Of a stretch of 64,000 nt of DNA, positions 1-13,339 are shown in pieces. Position 1 is the stretch's first letter. Every line of letters begins with the position of its first letter. Made by a program: the position numbers and the translations under genes. Origin of the DNA: Hormiphora californensis (Eukaryota; Animalia; Ctenophora); the NCBI GenBank assembly GCA_020137815.1, contig CM035357.1, forward strand, positions 3,348,001 through 3,412,000. The letters are read 5' to 3'. The notes below the pieces were generated by a model. The model saw only the letters and a program-made list of their open reading frames with translations, did no database searches and was not told the DNA's origin.

Positions 1-528
1 AAGCGTCGTCTTACTGTATCTTTCGTTTTCCATTACCGTTTTCCCACTACAAGCGACCGTGTAACATACTAACATCTTCTAACACCTCACCCCTACCCAG
101 AATGTAATTGATGCACAAGTTGTGAAGCGAGAAACTCCTATCATCATCATTATCATCATCAACACTGCTACTGCATAGATCAAGCCAAGCCAGCTAAATA
201 TCAAGCCAACATTTGACGACGATCACTCCACATCTGATTTCTGAACCATCACTATCCAGCTCTAAAAAGATTACTATATCCACTCTCTTTCTCTCTCCTT
301 GTGGACACAATACTTGAACAGCATACTGCCGAGGAGCATCACATCTTCACACACAAACGGTACACACAATTGCACTTCATTTTACCTTATTTGGACATAA
401 TTACAACCTTCCTTTTATGGGCATAATGCAGGGATCTCTAGTACAGCTGAGAGTTACCCCCACTCACGCTACTCTTTCTCTCTCGCTCACTGACTGTCAC
501 TCTCTCACTCTACATCTCCCTTTCCCTC

Positions 529-647
<119 letters not shown>

Positions 648-805
648 TATCCAGTGCACCGCGTGTGTGCAGTAGTCCAGGAGCAATTGACGTTTGCGGA
701 GTTTCTTTCTTTCCCTCCCTATCCCGGTTTACCATACTCCCTCTTCTCCCGAATTTCTCGATCTATTGTCTCTACTCTCTACGTCTTTCTCTACGGCTCC
801 CTTTG

Positions 806-875
806 CTGTCTGGCGGCGCCAGACCCCAATTTGATTCTCAAACAGTGTGCTCAGATGGGTCGCGGCGCCAGACAG
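806..875. mobile_element. 70-bp mini-MITE with CTGTCTGGCG TIRs and 8-bp TSD
   Basis: TCCCTTTG|CTGTCTGGCG...CGCCAGACAG|TCCCTTTG. Second copy at 2019-2101. Confidence 0.85.
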
Positions 876-1207
876 TCCCTTTGTGTCCTATTTTATTGTG
901 TGGGTCACCGTAATTTTATGTGAGGGTTCGAAAGATCAACTATTTAGTTTTAGAAGGGATTTTACTCACGTTCTACTAGAACGTCTTCTAGTTTGGAACG
1001 GGCTAGGAAGGATGATTTGACATGTCGAACTGTGGGCTACTACACTATAGTAGCTGAAAAGTTACTCCGCCGTGAGTAGGATATTGAACAAGGGTCAAAC
1101 GCAGGATGATTTGAAAATCTGAAATTCCCTTCCATGAGTCCAATGGAGATTTAATTGTGCGCCTTTTTTTGAAATAGCTACAAACTCTCTCTCTTTCCCT
1201 CCCTTCT

Positions 1208-1314
<107 letters not shown>

Positions 1315-1385
1315 CTCTCTCTATCTCTCTCTCTCTCCCTGTTTGTCATATGATCCTTGCCATCCGTATGTGATGCCGATGGAAT

Positions 1386-1418
<33 letters not shown>

Positions 1419-2018
1419 AGTGAGAGAGAGAGAAAGAGAGAGAAAGCTGTAGTCACGATCGAGTCTCACACACAACAAATCACATGTGTTTGATTCCTTG
1501 TGACAGCCTATTTTACTGTCATCCCTGGTGCGTGTTTCTTCGTTTTCACTGCTATAACTCATACCATTTGTAAATCTCGAGTAATGCTTGCATGTGCTTT
1601 ATCCAGTTTGTCCAGGTGTTTTGGATTTTTACACATGTTTAGGTTTTTTCTTATCCGTTTTCATGGGATTAGATGTAAAAGGCCGAAGATTTCATGTTCT
1701 AGGCCACATTGTAGCTCTCCAAATACTATGTTACCATGGTAGCCACTCTCTAAAATTCCCATGGTAACAGTAGCTGTGTATCCCAATTAGAGAGTCAACA
1801 ACATGGGCCTAGATTTAGTTGTCGTGCAAGGATCGCGACCCCTTGCTTGGTCGAGATCTACCTCATGGGAGAGAGAGTTTTGAGAGATTTGAGATGTAGG
1901 GTTGCATGTCAAGAATTCTACGTAAATGAAAAGCAGCTGCTTTTTACTTTTGTATCGCCGCTATACCCTTGTGCTCCTTCGTTAAACCGTTCGCGACAGT
2001 TACAACCCAGGCCCTGGG

Positions 2019-2101
2019 CTGTCTGGCGGCGCCAGACCCCAATTTGATTCTCAAATCTGAGCACGCGACAGTGTGCTCAGATGGGTCGCGGCGCCAGACA
2101 G
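2019..2101. mobile_element. 83-bp mini-MITE, same family as 806-875
   Basis: GCCCTGGG|CTGTCTGGCG...CGCCAGACAG|GCCCTGGG. The different 8-bp TSD shows an independent insertion. Confidence 0.85.
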
Positions 2102-3851
2102 GCCCTGGGCTTGTTTTGCAGCTCTATATATTATACATGGTTATCTTGAGTTGCAACTTGCGTGACTGTCTCAAGAGGAGAGTGGTTTTTTATTGTCAGT
2201 CTCAAATTCAGCTCGTTCAATATTCCCCTGACCGCTTGCAGAGTAATCAGACGCTTTCCCTCTCAATATATAATTCTTGTTGAGTAAGATCTTCATAAAG
2301 TTCTCCATTTTAGCTCCATTTCCTCGCACTTCTGCAGCTTTCTCCGCCAATGAGAGATCGCAGACACTCATGCATATATTGCCCGAGCATATAATAATTA
2401 TCGTGCCACGACCCCTTTAATGATTTTAGTTTTCTGTAATCACGCGACACGTAGTAGTTATCTTACCAGACTTCCTCTAATGTAGTTCAACTTGTAGGTG
2501 AATCAAGTCTGAAGAGTTGATCTCGATCACCATCTTGTCTGGCCAATGCTCTGACAGTATATAGCTGTAAGGCCAATGCTCTGACCACTGAGAATAGGGT
2601 CAGGCCAATGCTCTGACTAGTCCTTTACTACTTGTTGATTAATTTTTTATCGCCACAATGTTTGGTCCGGTGGAGACCCCTTTCTCAACAGCAAAATATG
2701 ATAGAAGTGGTCACAGCTTGTTGAGTAAGGGCTGGCTTTCTATGGTACTGGTAGTTTGAGTGTTGGACCCCCCTGAATCGTATTCGCAAATTCAATGGGG
2801 GTTTGTAGTATTGTTCATACTATTATTTTTTGTTTTATAGGCGCGGGGGAGGTGCAACAGCACAAGGGGTTTGTAGTTTGTACACAGCAATTGTTGTATT
2901 GCTTTGACAAGGACCATTGTTAGATCTGTTATACGGCTGTTCCTAATATTCCTAAGAACTGCTTGTGGATTCATACTCTCCCTCCACCTCTCTCTCCACC
3001 CTCACCAGTCTCTCCTTCTCTCGTCTCTCTCCTCTCTCTCTCTATCTCTCTCTCTTTCTCTTCTCTCTCTCCTCTCTCCTCCTTCCCTCTCATCCCCCTC
3101 CTCCCTTACGCCTTTCCCCCATCTTAAACTTTTTCCCTTGGTTTTGGGGGTGCCCCGTTCTTTCCCCCCGGGGGGGGAAAAAATTTTTTTGGGGGAAAAA
3201 GGGGAGGGGGCCCCCCCCCCGCCAAAAACCCCGTACATGTAATGGGCCTGGGATGTACATTATATTTGAACAACTTGTATGTTTTTGGTTCGTAAAAGTA
3301 AACATCGAGATTGGGGTAAAGTTGTCAATTTAACGAGAATAGGAGAACAAGATCATAAGTCTAGTCTGGAATTTTTGTGTATCAGGGGAACGAATTAAGA
3401 TCTAGAACACGGAACCGTGTTTTTATTGTGGGGGTTAGACGGGTTTTGCAGAAAACCAGACTTTATTTCTCCCTGAAAGATTTATTTTTCTTCTCGTGAA
3501 CCCATTAAATTGCTTCCTCAGCATCTATTTATTTTGATAGTTTAGTTATATAGTTTTAAATTGCTCTGTCCTAGACTACTATTTAACTCGAAGTGGTCAC
3601 GCAAAATATTATTTGATCTTCATGAATTTTATCTTCCAAAATGAGTATTTAACGAGGCTGTCCTTCATTTTATTTTCTCGTTCGGAAACATTTTGTTTAG
3701 ATTTTCACCAATCTTAGTTGTTAGTTGAAATAAGTAGCCTAGTAACAAATTTACATTTTGCGTTGTTTGCAGCTGCACGTGGCTGTGGTTTTGGTCAGTG
3801 CAAGTAGTGATCAGCTAGTATCATCATACACACACACTCACTCTCTCTCTT

Positions 3852-3900
<49 letters not shown>

Positions 3901-4015
3901 ATCTCTCTCTCTTTCTCCCTCTTTCTCCCTCTTTCTCCCTCTTTCTCCATCTTTCTCCCTCTTTCTCTCTCTTTCTCCCTCTGATCTCTCTCGTATCTCT
4001 CTCTCGTTCTCTCTC

Positions 4016-4088
<73 letters not shown>

Positions 4089-4968
4089 TGTGGGCAATTG
4101 CAAGCTATTTTAGTCACTGCAATTTGGAATGTGTTTTAGGCCGGTGTGGAATTCACGCTGCATGTTCAGCTTTCATCTCTATCATGCTGTCATGTCACTT
4201 TTTATGACTGGTTGGTTTGGAGTATAACCATAACTGTGATTCCCCCCTCTTTCATTGTCAGTTAACATAAAGTAACAATCTCACTACTACTACTACTATA
4301 TTCGGTGTTAGTCTTGGGATAGCTATATATATGTACTGAAATGATTGTGTTTCGATAGTTAGACAGGAATTCAATACATTGTAGTGGCCTTTAAATATAT
4401 AGCTTTCGTTCCGAACTAATCACTAATATATCGGATGATGATCAAAGAAGTAAAGTGAATAGAAATATAGAGAGGGAAAGAGAGAAACAGAGAGAGAGAG
4501 AAAGAGCATTGTCATAACTAATGGCTTATTAAGATTTCCATTTTTCCTCTCGTCTCTCTCATATATTTGTGATCTTATTTATATCGACTGTTCTTGCAAT
4601 TGATTATAGCATCATCTGGGGAGTGATGTGACCTATAATAGAGACCTAAACGTATAGCGACCCTGTTCGACCCTCTCTAACCTAGTGGTAATATTTAATT
4701 GCCCACTCTCAGCCTATGGATAAATTTTGAGGTGATGTGACCTCTAGTTTATTGTCATTTATTGTCCACGATGTTAACACCCGCCAAGCCAATCAATAGA
4801 GCAGCTCCCGCCTTGTTGAGTTAGGGGGTACTCAATGCAACTCCCGCCACGATTTTACAGAGCTCTCTAAACCATTCCTACGAACCATATATTTTATGTA
4901 GTTCATTGAAATGCTACATATCCATTTATAGTTAACAATATTGGAAGTCCACGAAGTATCATGTGGTA

Positions 4969-5060
<92 letters not shown>

Positions 5061-7350
5061 CATCTCTCCCTTCCTATCATACCTGTATAATACCCCTAAT
5101 TTATAAGACGCTTGCTTAGAATTTAGATTTTGTCCTCCCATGATCACGATTGGTTCTTTCTTCGTGGCTTGGCTTCGTGGATGCGTGATAGACAGGTGTA
5201 TTTGGAATTGTTTTTACTTGAGCCCTCGAACTAATATCTTTAACTTAGCTTTTAATAAAAAGTCGATATATCAGAAATTTCTCAAAATTTGACGTTAGTG
5301 AGTGTGGGCCGAATCGCGTACTACTCCTTTTAAGACATTATTGCCGTGCTATTGTTCAAAACAAAGTGCTGGTTAAATGGCCTTGGATTTTTTCCCTGCC
5401 CGGGTGAATGCCCGAAGGGCATTCACCCGGGATGATGTTTTTAGCACGCGGTGTTATAAGCGATCGAATGGATTTAACTTCTTGAAACTTAAAGGCGTTG
5501 AAAGTTCAGCTCAGCTCGTTAGTATGGTGACTGAGGGAACGTGAGAAGTTTCCCATGCATAGCTTGGTGTCACATAACATTGTAATAAGGCGTTGGCGGA
5601 CGACGATCAGATCACATTGCACGGTATCGTCTGGTGTGACTGTGAGCGGCGCTTACCAATATCAGATCTCATCGTTTATCAGTGATCAGTTGGAGTATTC
5701 GTTGGCAGGGAAACACAGCATTATGAAACATAATGCAATAATAATTCTTGTTATCGAGTACGTATTTAAACAGCATGACGCACAAAATACTTACCGGTTA
5801 CTTGTACAGAACAGGGGGTATACTATAGTTGTTTAGTTGAACCGGCTTTATTCATTTTAGCACATCACCCGTTACGACATTTGTTTGTAAGCGGGGAGGT
5901 CATGGGTTGCTGATGGTGTGGAGAGCATGCAGTGTTTGTTTACCTTACAAAGCGGAGAGAGAGAAAATTATCTGTGGTGATTGATATAGAGTGAATGAAA
6001 ATTTATGACATAATGTGGAGCGATGCATATAAAATTGCAGAGATCATGGAGAGAGACAAATGCATGGTACCAATAATATCTGCCATTTAAGAATATATTG
6101 ATACTCATTAGTTAAGTTAATAATAGCTGAATCAGAATATATGGTGTTGAATTAATCGTGTTTCGCTTCCTGGGTGGTATTAATAAGAAGTGCAATGATT
6201 TCCCGGTTTGGGCATTAAAGTTAAACTCAGTATCACCTTATTATTCGAAGTGAAATTCGTGGGAGCCTTGATCTCCACTACCGCACTTCAGTATGGTTCA
6301 AATGCAGTGCTCTCAACAAGAGATTGTGTCTTGGCTGCGATGCCCATTTTCGTGATGAGAATTGTTGCATCGAGTTAAATACCCGTTACCTTTTTCAAGT
6401 CCATCAGAATTATGGTGCGGGGGGATGGGCACCACCCTTGCCTGGCTAGACTGTGTTTCGGGCGCCCCGCCCCCGGATCACAATTACAAATGTAAAGGGA
6501 GGGTTAGAACATAGCAACACCACCCAACTTAGTAAAGATAGAGAGCTATATAATATGATAATATACTTGTCTGGATGACGTATGAGAGGGGAGATCAGTA
6601 GTTTTGGATGCCGTCCAGTAATGATTGTGACGTCTATAAGAGAGCAACATGCACAGCTCTCTCACTAGTTGTATAGTACCCAACATAACAAGTTGGGGAC
6701 GAGCTGGGGCACACGAGAATTGGCTTTTGCTTCTCGTTTTTATCAAGTTTTAAAACTACTCCATGTCATTCCATCCGGGTCTTTATATTTATTATTTGTT
6801 TTGGTTCATTTTAAGTTTTAAAACTGCTCCATGTCATACCAGCCGGCATCCTGGTCGAATATTTTATCATTTTATATTAGATACTTATTATTTGTTTTGA
6901 TATACATTTTTTGTTGTGTCTAGCCATGCCTATCTGTGGCCTATGAAGTTTAAACACAGCGATTTATTATTCAGATTCACCATATTGCCTGATTTTCCGA
7001 GAAGTAAATGACGCTTGAAACATTGTTTGATTGAATCTCAAGCGTCGTTTAGTTCTCCAAAAATCACTTAATCAGGCTACTACTACAGCTGTAGCTGTGA
7101 TATATAATACCCATTATTACAGTACACTTTGACGCACGAACAGTTGCCCTATATAAGCTGCCTAAACTTGCTTTGCTCGACCCTGTTTTTGAGACTGGAC
7201 TTTGTCAATTCTGAACTGTGGCTCACAATTTTGAAGAAGTGATATCTTTTTTGAACGTTGCAATCCGGGGTATTCTACCGCTGTTATCTTTCGTGATCTT
7301 ATCATCCACCGGTCTAACCTAGTTGCTTGATTGTACGGTTTAGATTTCAT

Positions 7351-7459
7351 CAGGAGCCGACCGAATCAGGAAATACTGGTCCCTGATTGGCTGATAACCA
7401 GTCACGTGACCTAAATCACGAGTTCTGATTGGTTGTTTACTTGTTTCGGTCGGTTCCTG
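7351..7459. mobile_element. hAT-like MITE
   Basis: GATTTCAT|CAGGAGCCGACCGAA...TTCGGTCGGTTCCTG|GATTTCAT. CAG termini with an 8-bp TSD are typical of hAT. Confidence 0.8.
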
Positions 7460-7691
7460 GATTTCATCCCATCTTGGACTATAGAATCACACCAGTCTCA
7501 GCTGACTTAAATATTAGTTGCCAACTATATTTGCCGCTTGGCAAGCTCCTAACAAGCTTGAGTTATACAAGACCGGCCCAAAGTTGGCTATAATCATGTC
7601 ACAATAATGTGTCTTTTTGCGATGGCATATTTCAGCTGTTTTTAGGCTGTTACCATACTAGGCTTCCATATCAAGCGCATTTCGAAAATGA

Positions 7692-7747
<56 letters not shown>

Positions 7748-8280
7748 GAGGAATAGAGATAGATAGAATGCTTTCGAACCGTTGAAATATATAATCAGCT
7801 CGCGGTATTTCTCTTTGTTTCTCTTTTCCCCCCTGAATTGGAAATCCTAAAAATAGCTACCTTTCCTCTAAGACTGTTTTTAGTACATCTATCCTGCAGC
7901 CCCTTCTTGCAATAATTGCCCTTGCAGACTTTCTTAAATTGAGTTTAGCGAGAGAGACGACACCTTGACAATTATTTTATTTTTGGAACTCCTGCAAACT
8001 CCTACTTAATTATTCTCCTCCCGGTATAGGTGTAAAAGTTTTGAACTCTGATACATTCACAATGATACCTGAAGAAATTCTCGAAGGATTCCTACCCAAA
8101 GACCTCACAGGTACGTGACTTTTAGGACCTGGTACGTGGTCAGTCTACACGTACAGCTCTGTATTAAGATCTGTCTATTTATAGAATCTCAGTATGTGTC
8201 ACTGTCAGTTTTTGCGTGGCTTTTTCTATCTACATGCAAGTTTAGCACCACGGTTTTTAAGTGTCGTCGAGTAATGTTGT

Positions 8281-8335
<55 letters not shown>

Positions 8336-8651
8336 AAGAGAGAGAAAGAGAGAGAAAGAGAGATAGTGGTTGTGACCCGGATGTAGTCTGACCAATAGCG
8401 TGTGCCCTGTATACCACGTGATCTGTGCGCGTCCAATAGGAAGTTAGTAACGCACCCACGTGCCCTTCATCTCTCTCTCTCTCTCTCTCTCCCTGTGACG
8501 TGTGTGTGTGTGTTGGGGTATCAAGGCGCAGATAGCTTCTTTTCACTCTCCCTCGCCCTCTCTCTCTCTCTCGCTTGTGTGTGTGCAGTTGTATATACCA
8601 GTTATATATCTAGTGTGTCCTGATAGTCTACACATCATCATCATCATCATT

Positions 8652-11600
8652 ATGTCAAGTCCCTCATCGGAGAGTCTCTACATTTACCCCTCAGTTTGTC
8701 GGAAGCGCCGTCTGGTTGAGAGTTATCAACTGGGCAGACAGATAGGAAGTGGAGGATTTGGAGCGGTCCTCAATGCTACTTGTAGAACAACTGGGAAACA
8801 GGTGGCAATCAAGAAAGTCCACAAGAACAATGTTCCCAAAAGTTATACGGTAAGTTGTGACAGCCAAACGTATTTTAGTTGTTAAAGACAGTCAATCGTA
8901 TAATTGGGAATTTGCTAGTCGTTAGAGACAGTCAACCGAGATCTCTCTCAGTTTCATCGAGATATTATTGATCCTCAGCTAGTTTTGTCCGTGCTACATG
9001 TTTGTAACAGATCTCTCCTTCTCTAGATTCACGGAAAGAGTATCCCAGCAGAAATTGCCCTCCTTCAACATTTGAAAAAGCACAGCAACATCATCAAACT
9101 GGTGGACTGGTTTGAGGTGAGAATCAAGTTTTAGATAAAGTTGTACCCTGGTTTTTGTAGTTCATCCTAGATTTGATTTCTCCTAACCATTACCAACCAC
9201 CCCCTCATCCCTCTCCTAACCACCCTTCCCTCCCTATAGGACAACAACGAGTTTATCATTGTCACCGATTGGTCCCCCGAGTATGTTGATCTCTTTGATT
9301 ACCTTACTTCCCGGAACCCTCTCGATGAGTGCTGCGCCCGACGAATCTTTAAACAGGTACAGCTTTTAGAATATTATTGTGATTTTGGTGTGACTTGGTG
9401 TCATTTTGGTGTCCTTTTGATGTGACTTGGTGTGATTTTGGAGTCATTTGGAGTTGTCTGTATTGCTATATTTGTAGAGTGATTAGTAGCGATTGTTATT
9501 ATGCCGCTTGTGTAACAAGGCAACAAGGCAATCATGCATCTTCTTGACCGATTTATCTTTCTTTCTTTGTCTCATGTCTGTCTCTCTCTCTCTCTCTCAC
9601 TCTCTGTCTGTCTCTATGCCTCTCTCTCTTCTATCTTTCTCTTTGCTATGTTTTCGACGGTATTTTTGCATCCATTAGTTCGTTTAGATTTTCACTGAAC
9701 GGAATTTAAAGAAAGATAGACACAGAGAGAAACTGATAGAGATGGAGAGACGATAGTTAGCTTGTATGCGTGACGTACAACTAGAAAGAGAAGCCTGTGC
9801 GGTGTTCACTCTCTCCATTATCTCTTTTTCTATCTTTCTATCTCTCTGCCGTCTCCCTCTCTCTTCTGACAATTATATAACACAGTTAGTTTCCACTGTT
9901 ATAGTAGCAGAGCACACAAACACATTTTTTTCAACGAACTGCCTTGTTTAGGCTACACTGACGTAACCAAGATGTAACACTTCGATTGAAACTCTCCCAT
10001 CCCCTCTAACCCCCTCCCGTCCCTCATGTTCCCTCTCCCATCCCCCCTAACCCTCTCTTCCCCATGCTCCCTCTCCCAATTCCCTCTAACCCCCCTCCCG
10101 TCCCTCATGCTCCCTCTCCCAATTCCCTCTAACCCCTCCCCTCCTTCTCAGATTGTAGATGCTGTATCTCTAACCCCCACCCCTCCTTCTCGTACTCACA
10201 TTTCCTCTAACCCCCACCTCCTCATGTTCCCTCTCCCATTCCCTCTAACCCCCCACCCCTCCTTCTCTAACCCCTCCCCTCCTTCTCAGATTGTTGAGGC
10301 TGTGTCATACTGCCACGGTCGGGGAATATTCCACCGTGACATAAAGGACGAGAACGTTCTGATAAACGTCAAGACTGGTCACATCAAACTAATTGATTTT
10401 GGAAGTGGAGCCTTTGTAGAGGATGAATACACTGATTATCAGGTAATTTAATTAAGATTAATTAACATTAATTAACTAAATATGAATTAACATGAATTGA
10501 CATGAATTAGCAGACATTGACATTACGAAAGTCGAAAAGTTCATTACCCAATCCGGCCCCCAAACCGGCCACCATTTTTCATCAATTCACGTGTTTTCCG
10601 TGCGTCAAACATTTAACACACATGTGTGTGGGCATGAGCATAATTCGATAAAAGACGCTCTACAACAATTCCCCACGTCCCAACCGGAGAAGCCCCATTC
10701 TCTTTCTCCTGGACATAGCTAAAAGTTCCAGAATTCCCCCGACTCTTTCCTCTAGAGCTCCTTTCTCCCAGTTGAGAATTTCTTTCTCCCATTCCCAACA
10801 CCCCTGAATTTCTTTCTCTCTCCTAACCTGTCAAGCCAATGCTCTGACAACCCATCACATTTTGTCTCTCCTAACCCGTTTCTCTCCCCACTCCCACCCC
10901 CCCCATAAGTTACATTTTGTCTCTCCTAACCCGTTTCTCTCCCCACCAGGGAACGAAAGTGTACTCACCCCCAGAATGGGTTCGTCACCAACGTTACTAC
11001 GGTTGGGCCCTAGAGAGTTGGTGTCTCGGTGTTCTACTCTTTATCATTATTAGTGGAGAGATCCCATTTGAGACTGAGGAAGATATTCTGAGGTGTGCGC
11101 CGACCCTGAGACGCCGCAGAATCTCACTTGGTTAGTGATATTTACTGATTCATTATTATCCGGTATTATTATTTAAACTCTATCGATAGATATAGACGGT
11201 GGTAGAACTCTGTTGAAACTTCTGTAAATCGAAGTTGAACTTGAAGTGTGGTAGTGGAAGATGAACTTGAGTTGTGGTAGTATGGGTATAGGAGTGGGAT
11301 GATAGTAAAACTAGGAGTTCTAAAGAACTGATTGGGAAGTGGATCAAAAAGATCGTGGTTCAAATCACAATATAATATCCTGAAGTGCTCATACCCCTTT
11401 TTAACAAGTAAGGTTTAAAAGTTCTGAGTAAGCGATGTGATGTAAAGTGGGTTTTAAAAATGTCAGACGTCAGAGTGCTATACCGTCACATAGTATCTCG
11501 TGATGGGATGTGTGTGTATATCACTCTAGCCACACGATACAAATATTATAGATCACCGTGATAGAAAGATATAGAGATAGAGATAGAGATAGAGAGATAG

Positions 11601-11726
11601 AAAGATAGAGAGATAGAAGGTAGATGGTAGAAAGAGAGATTCAATTGCAGGATACAACAACAGTTTGGCCGCGCTTAGGGCGTGGCAGCCGTACCCGGAA
11701 ATTTCACACCAAACTAGTATCTCTCC

Positions 11727-11760
<34 letters not shown>

Positions 11761-12261
11761 ATCCCTCTCTCTATATCTCTCTCTTTCTATCTTTACTCCT
11801 TGCTCCCACTCTTCCCGGGCCTATAGATCCCACGCTCCTCAGTTGGGGTTTTAGTTGTAGAGCAGCACGCACAAGATTGTGTGTGCAAACCCTGGGGAAA
11901 GTTGAGGCGCTGCGAACAGGAAGTGAGATCCAGGGGGTTCTTGACCTTATATGGTCTAATTGGTACTAATTTTAGAACACACCCTCAAGGAAAATACCCC
12001 TCGTCGAGAGGGTGTGTTAAATGTTTAATTGTACCTTCAAATTGGGGCGGGGTGTTCAAACAATAATCTTGGGGGGGGGGGGGGTTGTAGTTCCTTTTTA
12101 GTGGGGGACGAGGAGTTCTGGGAAATGGAGGGGGGGGGGGGTGATCTGCGGGCGGCGGTTTAAAAGTGTAATGGTTGGAGCGGGAAATAGCTTGGAGAGA
12201 AAGAGAGAGAGAGAGAAAATATAACATTACGTAATGTTGGGCCACATACACGCTTCTCTCT

Positions 12262-12345
<84 letters not shown>

Positions 12346-13339
12346 TCTCTCTATCTCTCTCTCTCTCTAACCCGGAAATTAGCATGGAGCACCACTCTGC
12401 GCACCACTCATTCCACAGAGCTAGCTACGTCATGTTAGTCACAAAGCGATATGGAGCTGCACTTGCTAGTAGAACAACTACCATTAGGGCAAATACGTCA
12501 TCTCTTGATCTGGAAGGGGCGGGTTATTATTATTAGCTGTGCAAATCAATAATTTTCTAGTTCGTATTAACCGAGTCCATGTAATTAAGTATGGAAAGCG
12601 GGTACTCCGTGAAAAGAAGCTACCACTTTTCTCCACTGACGTCAATCAATGCTATTCCTGTCTTTCAACTCCGGTATTTTCACTAGTCTTAAAAACTCCT
12701 GACACCGAGAGAGGGAGGGGAAGAGACTCCTTGAAATAAATTCACAATACCTGTCTCTCCATCAACTTCCCACACGGCAATACTTTTGTCTTCAAAGCTA
12801 ATCTTAGTACCAATAAATGGGAATGTTTGAGGGCGTGTGCGTGTGAGTGAGTGGAAGATATTTTAGTCACATCCGGTCTGTGCAGAAGTTGTGACAGTTT
12901 TAGTCTGACCTGCGGTATGTAGTGATGGATAAATGTGGCTGGGATGGGTTGTTAGAAGTTTCTGGAAGTTTCTATAATGCATGATGTATATTTTTAGAAC
13001 CATACTTTTCAATTAATTTTTGAAAGGTTTTATACCAGAGATATAGTCAATCTCTCTCCTCCCTCTATTATTTACTAACCCTACATCTCTCTGACGTCTT
13101 CTCTCTATTATTTACTAACCCTACATCTCTCTCCCTCAGAGCTGACCGACCTGATGGCACGGTGTCTGAACGTTGACCCCAAGAAACGTCCCACCACAAA
13201 AGAGATCTTGGAACATCCTTGGTCAAAAGGCAGTCAAACCTACCCTAGCCCTCACAAGACACCATGCAAGGAAATCAACCTCGCCCAGTACATTATCAAC
13301 AACAACATCTACGAGAAGACAGCAGAGGTAGTTCAGTGA
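8652..13339 (+). CDS. PIM: PIM-family Ser/Thr protein kinase, 6 exons: 8652-8849, 9027-9116, 9240-9356, 10290-10442, 10950-11130, 13140-13339
   Basis: In-phase GT-AG exons give [65 protein letters not shown] and [18 protein letters not shown] and GTxVYSPPEW are PIM signatures. Confidence 0.9.

Noticed and set aside
3100-3240. Homopolymer-rich GC stretch with ORFs (also about 11880-12200)
   Set aside because: It looks like low-quality sequence next to microsatellites, and the ORFs have no recognisable content.
5520-6420. Non-repetitive stretch with coding-like composition
   Set aside because: The frames I translated are interrupted by stops and I recognised no family. A BLASTx search would be needed.
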